Below, piece after piece: positions 31,261-36,456 of a stretch of DNA of 36,456 bases. The translations under genes and the position numbers were made by a program. The notes under the pieces are model-generated. The model was given only the letters and a program-made list of their open reading frames with translations. It was not told the origin of the DNA and did not search any database. The number at the start of each line of letters is the position of its first letter. Positions within the stretch are counted from its first letter, which is position 1. The stretch comes from Nitrospinota bacterium. GTDB lineage: Bacteria; UBA8248. The DNA is taken from the NCBI GenBank assembly GCA_030754595.1, contig JASLZZ010000121.1:1-36456 (forward strand), given 5' to 3'.

Positions 31261-31881
31261 ATGAGTAATGAACATGCCCGCCGGAAAAAAAATCCCAACC
31301 CCGGCGCCCCGGTGACTCCGGCGGATCCGGCGGCCCCGAACCCCATGGTCCAGAGAATTCAGTTCGAGAAATCGGTTCCAAAAGAGTTGCTCAGCCTGAT
31401 TCAAAAACTTCAGAAAAACTATCCCTTTTTCTCCGAAATGGAGGGAATGGAGGTGGGCCAGTTCCTGAAGCTTTGCGAAAGGGAGAATTTCGCCTCCGGA
31501 AGCAAAATTTTCAAAGAAGGCGAATATGGAAACGAATTTTACCTGGTTATCTCGGGAGAAATCATCATCAACGTCGGAGACAAGGAGGTCGCCCGGATGA
31601 AACCCGGTATGGTGTTCGGTGAAATGGCCCTGCTCGACAATGCGAAGCGCACCGCCTCGGCGGTGGCAGCGGAGCCCTCCCTCCTCTTTTCCATTTCCCG
31701 GACGATTCTCCACTCCAAAATGCCGACGTTCGGCAACAAGAACATGGAGAGCATCGCGCGCCAGCTTTCCGAAAAGCTCCGCGACGCGAACGAAACCATC
31801 AGGATGATGCAAAGACAACTCAACGTCGTAAAAGAAAAAGTCAAGAAACTACAAATTCCCCAATCCCGGCCTTCCCCATAA
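31261..31881 (+). CDS. Stand-alone cyclic nucleotide-binding domain protein
   Basis: IFKEGE, FYLVISG and phosphate-binding cassette FGEMALLDNAKRTASA; C-terminal coiled coil; no HTH apparent. Confidence 0.88.
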   Translation: MSNEHARRKKNPNPGAPVTPADPAAPNPMVQRIQFEKSVPKELLSLIQKLQKNYPFFSEMEGMEVGQFLKLCERENFASGSKIFKEGEYGNEFYLVISGEIIINVGDKEVARMKPGMVFGEMALLDNAKRTASAVAAEPSLLFSISRTILHSKMPTFGNKNMESIARQLSEKLRDANETIRMMQRQLNVVKEKVKKLQIPQSRPSP

Positions 31882-31920
31882 GTGACCCCGCTCACACGGA
31901 AAACCCTGAAAGTTCTTTTT

Positions 31921-31949
31921 TTTTAGAATAATCCGGAATTATGCGGCAA
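31921..31949 (-). other. dif-like (XerC/XerD-type) site
   Basis: Minus strand TTGCCGCATAA-TTCCGGA-TTATTCTAAAA versus E. coli dif GGTGCGCATAA-TGTATA-TTATGTTAAAT; spacer is 7 bp. Confidence 0.35.
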
Positions 31950-32221
31950 CGCTCTCCTTTTCGCAAAATACGGCCTTATTTTCCCTGTCGGCGGTACTTC
32001 CCGCCAAGAAGTCCAAAAAGTCCACAAAAAGATACCCTCCTGGGCACCTCTTCCATCCAGATCCACCGTAAATAAAGGGTTTTATCCGTTTTGGGGCGCA
32101 ATGCTCCTTTCTCCTCCTGACTCAACACCGCTTGCACACCCCGTATCAGCCATAGCCGGGCACAGCCCGGTAGTAATGGGCCAGAGGGAAGGCCGAGGCC
32201 ACGTGAACGTGCCACTTCCTG

Positions 32222-32268
32222 GCGTGACTCACGCGTTTCTTTCAGGCCCAATCCGAAACTGATATAAT
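32222..32268 (+). promoter_or_regulatory. Palindrome and extended -10 promoter upstream of the TerS-like gene
   Basis: GCGTGA-C-TCACGC (32222-32234), TG-A-TATAAT (32260-32268), then an AGGAG RBS. Confidence 0.5.
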
Positions 32269-32302
32269 TAATAGCGAGGAATACGTTAAGAGGAGAATCA
32301 AA

Positions 32303-32758
32303 ATGACGACTCAACAATTCGACCACGTAGGCGAAATTCGAATCAGGTCTGATATCAAAGAAATGCTCGAAATCCACGTCTTGGAAGCGTTGCCGCTCCG
32401 GGAAGCCTGTCGCAGAGTTGGCCTCCCCTATCACAAGAACGTGAGCCAGCATAAATCCAGCAAATCCGGCAAGGCCTATGTCACACAACTCAAGAGACGC
32501 CGCAAGGTCATCGAGGAATTCGGAGCAGACATCCCATCCCTAGCCCGGTTGATTGAGATTAGAGACATGGCTCTCCTGGCCGAGTCATATACCGCGGCGA
32601 CCCGTGCGCATGAACTGTGTGTCCGAGAAGCTAGCAAAGCGAATTCAGACAGGAAACGGACAGGAGCCGAAAAGGAAGTAGCGCAGATGACACGGGAGGA
32701 AATGCTTGCTGAGATTCAGGAAATTATGACCTGCCCCCCCAAAACCGGTCCATGCTGA
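32303..32758 (+). CDS. Phage terminase small subunit-like protein, C-terminus replaced by an IS3 end
   Basis: HTH-like LREACRRVG, then LARLIEIRDMAL..SYTAA..A..DRK..QMTREEM pattern recalled from TerS-like proteins. The last codons derive from the IS end. Confidence 0.55.
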   Translation: MTTQQFDHVGEIRIRSDIKEMLEIHVLEALPLREACRRVGLPYHKNVSQHKSSKSGKAYVTQLKRRRKVIEEFGADIPSLARLIEIRDMALLAESYTAATRAHELCVREASKANSDRKRTGAEKEVAQMTREEMLAEIQEIMTCPPKTGPC

Positions 32759-32766
32759 ATGAGAGG
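32727..32766 (+). mobile_element. Orphan IS3-family terminal inverted repeat
   Basis: TGACCTGCCCCCCCAAAACCGGTCCATGCTG resembles IS3-family TG-starting ends. No transposase ORF follows. Confidence 0.55.
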
Positions 32767-32831
32767 ATTTTCGATACTCTTTCGGTGAGACCGCCCAATC
32801 CGGAGGCGGCGAACGTAGCCCTCTAAGGCGC

Positions 32832-33260
32832 CTATCTGAACAGAAGTTTGGTTTTGAACCCTTTGAAAATTCGATAGCTTAAAAAATACGTACCAATGTG
32901 TGCTCCTGGATTCCCTGTTTGATCCATCAACAGGTGGATGGCAGCCCCGAAAAGGAATAGCCAGACATGGTTGTTTCCAAATGTCGATATCGAGAGGGCA
33001 GCTAAGACGAGCAGAATGTCCCACCCGTGAAACCAGAATTGAACATGGTTGGGCACATTAATAGGGCCTCCCAACGTTTGATCAATTAAGCGCCTTATGC
33101 CTTCCCTTAGACCCCACTCACGGCAAAACTCGTAAATATGGTCAATATCCAGGACTAGGCCTCCAACGCCGACAGCTGCCGCATGACTGAGATCGCTATT
33201 TACGGAGTAGGTACCTACCGCGAGGATGCTGGCCACTGATAGATGACGAACAGGACTCAA
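32832..33260 (-). CDS. Membrane-bound metal-dependent hydrolase-like protein (YdjM-like)
   Basis: N-terminal His, LDIDH, FHGWD and HLLMD motifs among hydrophobic helices; GGAGG RBS before TTG at 33260. Confidence 0.7.
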   Translation of the reverse strand: MSPVRHLSVASILAVGTYSVNSDLSHAAAVGVGGLVLDIDHIYEFCREWGLREGIRRLIDQTLGGPINVPNHVQFWFHGWDILLVLAALSISTFGNNHVWLFLFGAAIHLLMDQTGNPGAHIGTYFLSYRIFKGFKTKLLFR

Positions 33261-33275
33261 TTTAGTCCCTCCCAA

Positions 33276-33296
33276 TGCTTACCTCGTGCTTACCTC
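33276..33296. repeat. Tandem 10-bp direct repeat TGCTTACCTC (integrase arm-site-like)
   Basis: Copies at 33276-33285 and 33287-33296, 45 bp from the tRNA 3' end. Confidence 0.7.
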
Positions 33297-33324
33297 AATA
33301 AAACAACGGGCCCGGCACGACCCG

Positions 33325-33337
33325 TAACCCGTTGATA
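33325..33337 (-). promoter_or_regulatory. IHF consensus site adjacent to the tRNA 3' end
   Basis: TATCAACGGGTTA matches WATCAANNNNTTR exactly. Confidence 0.55.
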
Positions 33338-33340
33338 TTG

Positions 33341-33418
<78 letters not shown>

Positions 33419-33480
33419 GCCAAATCTTTTTTTTTCTAATATTCAAAGCAAGGGTTATTTAAGGGAGGAAACCTTTTTCG

Positions 33481-34167
33481 TCAAGGCTGATTGACGGTCG
33501 CGGCGATCGGGCGGGTTCGCTGGGGGGGAGAATTGCTTCCCGAGTTCGCCCCCGAGCCCGCCCGCTGTGCCGCCCGGGGCTGGATTCGCGCCATCGAGGA
33601 GATGCGGTGGATTCCCGAGCGGGAAATCGTGGTCTGGGTCATCGCCCTGATGGGGATGACCTCTCCCCCGATGAAAAAACGCATGTTCCCGGACTTGAGG
33701 AAAATAGTGGTCTTTCCCTTCAGCGCCAAAATCCGGAAAGAGGATTGATTCCCCCAGAGGCGCCCTTCGGAGGTGCTGAGAATCAGATTAGAGCCGCATA
33801 ATGCGGTCCGCCCCTTCAAGGTCCCTTTGATAAGATGCACCCTGTAAGTGTGGCCGGCAGCCTGCCCGCCGAAGACGATGACGCTGCCGGGTTCGAGGAT
33901 GAACCGGCAACCCTCGTCTCCTGAAATCTGGATGAGCGCTCTGTCAGCCAGGCCGGTTTGCACCCGCTCGTTCGAGCGAAGCGCCATCCGGCCCCTCATT
34001 TGAAGCGCTTCGCCCCGGGACGATACGAGCACGGGGTTTCCCTCGAGGGTAAACGCTATCGAATCTTGTGCTTCCTGGGAGAAAACCAATGAAAAAACGG
34101 AAAGAAAAAAGACGGCCGAGAGGGAGAGGGCGAAGAGAGTTCGATTTTTCAAGGATGACATTTCCAT
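33481..34167 (-). CDS. Exported FecR-domain-like protein
   Basis: Signal peptide (..VFSQEA), LEGNP..L...[23 protein letters not shown] pattern. Start trimmed to MEMSS. Confidence 0.6.
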   Translation of the reverse strand: MEMSSLKNRTLFALSLSAVFFLSVFSLVFSQEAQDSIAFTLEGNPVLVSSRGEALQMRGRMALRSNERVQTGLADRALIQISGDEGCRFILEPGSVIVFGGQAAGHTYRVHLIKGTLKGRTALCGSNLILSTSEGRLWGNQSSFRILALKGKTTIFLKSGNMRFFIGGEVIPIRAMTQTTISRSGIHRISSMARIQPRAAQRAGSGANSGSNSPPQRTRPIAATVNQP

Positions 34168-34304
34168 TTTGTCCCTGGTGGCGGCCGTGAACAATCCTAA
34201 AGGTGTTCGCTCGAAGTGTCCAACCAACCATCCATCTAATTTATAAAAATAATTGGCCCGGACCGCAAGTGGCCAGCGCCCGGTGCCCGTAGAACCCCTT
34301 TTCC

Positions 34305-34799
34305 TCAGCCTCTGACAGGTGATCGCCGGGCCGTGATCACGCCGGTGCGCATTCCCGCCCACTGCAGACTGCCCTTGTAGCGGCCGTGCTCGATTTTCAT
34401 GCACCGGTCCATGACAACGGCCATTCCCGACTCGCTAGCCCGGGCGGCTTCTGTTTCGTTGACAACGTCGAATTGAAGCCATAGTGCCTTGGCGCCGGCG
34501 GTAATCGCTCCGTCCACGATTTCGCCGACGTCCTCGGGCCGGCGAAAAACGTCCACCACCTCGGGCGCCTCGGGGAGCGCGGCCAGGCTTGGATAGCAAG
34601 GCAGCCCGAGGACTTCCTCGTAGCGGGGGTTCACCGGAATGACGTCAAAGCCCATGCGCTTGAGATAGTAGGCGACGAAATAGCTGGGGCGCGACTCGTT
34701 CGCCGATACGCCCACCACCGCGACCCTGCGCATATCGCGGAGGATTCGCTGAATCGTGCGAGGATCCTGAAACGATGGAATTTCCATGGGTAAAGACAT
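34305..34799 (-). CDS. CoA-binding protein (YccU-like)
   Basis: VAVVGVSANESRPSY, VIPVNP, VDVFRR, WLQ and MDRCMKIEH. Confidence 0.92.
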   Translation of the reverse strand: MSLPMEIPSFQDPRTIQRILRDMRRVAVVGVSANESRPSYFVAYYLKRMGFDVIPVNPRYEEVLGLPCYPSLAALPEAPEVVDVFRRPEDVGEIVDGAITAGAKALWLQFDVVNETEAARASESGMAVVMDRCMKIEHGRYKGSLQWAGMRTGVITARRSPVRG

Positions 34800-34818
34800 C
34801 CCTTAGCCGTGGTTCCGT

Positions 34819-36138
34819 CTACCGGGAGGCGGCTTCGAGGCCGCGATCCAAGTCCCACAATATATCGTCGATATCCTCGATCCCGACTGAAATTCGAATC
34901 ATATCGGGGGTGATGTGGCCCGCCTTCATGTCCGATTCGGTGAGTTGGGCGTGGGTGGTCGAGGCCGGGTGGATAATCAGGCTTTTTGCGTCGCCCACGT
35001 TGGCCAGATGGCTGTGAATTTCCAGGCCCTCGATGAATTTGACCGCCGCCGCGTAGCCTCCCTCGACCCCGAAGGAGAACACCGAGCCCGCCCCGCCGGG
35101 GAGGTATTTCAGCGAAAGCTCGTGGCCGGAGTTTTCCGGAAGGCCCGGGTAATTCACGAACGAGACGCGCCGGTCGGCGGCGAGGAAATTCACGACCTTT
35201 CCCGCGTTTTCGCAGTGGCGCTCCATCCGAAGGTGAAGGGTTTCGAGACCCTGAAGAAAAAGAAAGGCGTTAAAGGGGCTGGGGCACGGCCCCATGTCCC
35301 GCAGCCCTTCGGTGCGGGCCTTGGTGATATATCCAAGTTCTCCGAAAGTTTCATAAAAATTCAGGCCGTGATAGCCCTTCGAGGGACCCACCATGGAGCC
35401 GAATTTCCCGTTTGCCCAGTTGAATTTTCCCGAATCGACGATAACGCCGCCGATGCTCGTCCCGTGGCCCCCAATAAATTTAGTCGAGGAGTGGACCACG
35501 ATATCGGCGCCCCACTCCATGGGCCGGCAGAGATAGGGGGAGGCGAAGGTATTGTCCACGATGAGGGGGACACCCACCTCGTGCGCGATTTCGGCGATCG
35601 CCTCCAGGTCGGCCACGTTTGAAAGGGGGTTGCCGATGGTTTCGCAATAAAAGGCGCGGGTTTTATCGGTGGCCGCGCGCCGGAAGGCCTCCGGGTCCCG
35701 AGGGTCGACGAAGACGACATTCCACCCGAATTTCCTGAAACTGACGTCGAATTGCGTATAGGTGCCGCCATATAGGGTCGCCGCCGAAACGACTTCATCG
35801 CCCGCTTCGAGAAGGGTGAAGAAGGCGAGAAACTGGGCCGCCTGCCCCGAACTGGTGGCCAGGGCGCCTACGCCTCCCTCCAGGGTGGCCATCCGCTCCT
35901 CGAAAACGGCCACCGTGGGGTTTCCGATTCGGGAGTAGATGTAGCCGTAGTCTTGCAGGGCGAATAATCCGGCCGCGTGCTCCGTGTCCTCGAAGACAAA
36001 TGAGGTGGTTTGGTGGATGGGCACCGCGCGGGAGCCGGTTACAGGGTCGGGCCGCTGGCCCGCATGGAGGGCGAGGGTGGCGAATCCGAAGTCGTGGCTG
36101 ATGCCGTCCGTGGTGGTGAAGCGGTTTTCTCCGGCCAT
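34819..36138 (-). CDS. metY: O-acetylhomoserine aminocarboxypropyltransferase / sulfhydrylase
   Basis: [43 protein letters not shown] (PLP Lys) and [18 protein letters not shown]. Confidence 0.93.
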   Translation of the reverse strand: MAGENRFTTTDGISHDFGFATLALHAGQRPDPVTGSRAVPIHQTTSFVFEDTEHAAGLFALQDYGYIYSRIGNPTVAVFEERMATLEGGVGALATSSGQAAQFLAFFTLLEAGDEVVSAATLYGGTYTQFDVSFRKFGWNVVFVDPRDPEAFRRAATDKTRAFYCETIGNPLSNVADLEAIAEIAHEVGVPLIVDNTFASPYLCRPMEWGADIVVHSSTKFIGGHGTSIGGVIVDSGKFNWANGKFGSMVGPSKGYHGLNFYETFGELGYITKARTEGLRDMGPCPSPFNAFLFLQGLETLHLRMERHCENAGKVVNFLAADRRVSFVNYPGLPENSGHELSLKYLPGGAGSVFSFGVEGGYAAAVKFIEGLEIHSHLANVGDAKSLIIHPASTTHAQLTESDMKAGHITPDMIRISVGIEDIDDILWDLDRGLEAASR

Positions 36139-36456
36139 GGATAATCCTTCTTGTCATGATCCTTTACAATACGAGGTTTGATGATCGCCGGGGTATTCTT
36201 GCCCGGTTTTGTGGGTCGCCGCAAGAATGGTTCGAAGCGGAGGATTTTCGCAGAAGCGGGGCTTCACCCGGAAGCGGCGGTCCAATTCAGGCGCTCACGA
36301 GAAATAAATATATGAAATAAAAAACAATAATAACAGTGTCTCGGCATACTTTCATGATTTTCAATGAGTTGCAAGAAGTTGGCGGGCTTATTTTTTTGGG
36401 TTTCCGGCTAATGGAATTTCTATAGCGTCCGATAAGGATGAGGAAGGGATTTAGAG

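Noticed and set aside
31976..32488. 170-aa minus-strand ORF in the island
   Set aside because: Overlaps the TerS-like gene and its promoter antisense, with no clear RBS or motifs.
32761..32770. GAGAGGATTT identical to part of the tRNA-Pro T-arm, as a possible second att copy
   Set aside because: Only 10 bp, lacks the acceptor-end sequence, and may belong to the IS3 end.
34168..34404. N-terminal extension of the FecR-like ORF
   Set aside because: Overlaps the CoA-binding gene, and the signal peptide begins only after Met at 34167/34161.

Overview
GC-rich bacterial chromosomal window, mostly housekeeping and metabolic genes. The taxon cannot be established from sequence alone. Left to right: (1) the left end and transposase N-terminus of an IS5-family element abutting an internally deleted glyA remnant with a structured leader; (2) otsA; (3) a four-gene tungsten aldehyde-oxidoreductase-family operon (4Fe-4S subunit, FAD subunit, AOR, MoaD-like); (4) two EamA transporters, a DinB-like protein, LOG, a family III CoA-transferase, a Nudix hydrolase, a His-less pseudo histidine kinase and an Ldh_2 dehydrogenase; (5) a long minus-strand run tolQ-tolR-tolA-tolB-pal-cpoB-ligA-galU plus two tandem CNNM/CorB genes; (6) divergently, an M20 peptidase-slt-anmK-M20 deacylase operon that looks like a peptidoglycan-recycling unit; (7) a stand-alone cNMP-binding protein; (8) a ~1.4 kb decayed island at the 3' end of tRNA-Pro(GGG), with a terminase-small-subunit-like gene, an IS3 end, a membrane hydrolase, an IHF site, arm-like repeats and a dif-like site at its far edge; (9) a FecR-domain protein, a CoA-binding protein and metY. 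No CRISPR array or rRNA was seen. The best candidates for undescribed biology are the M20-flanked slt-anmK operon, the tRNA/dif-bounded satellite-like remnant, the pseudokinase and the divergent tungsten oxidoreductase. All family calls come from motifs recognised by eye, not from database searches.
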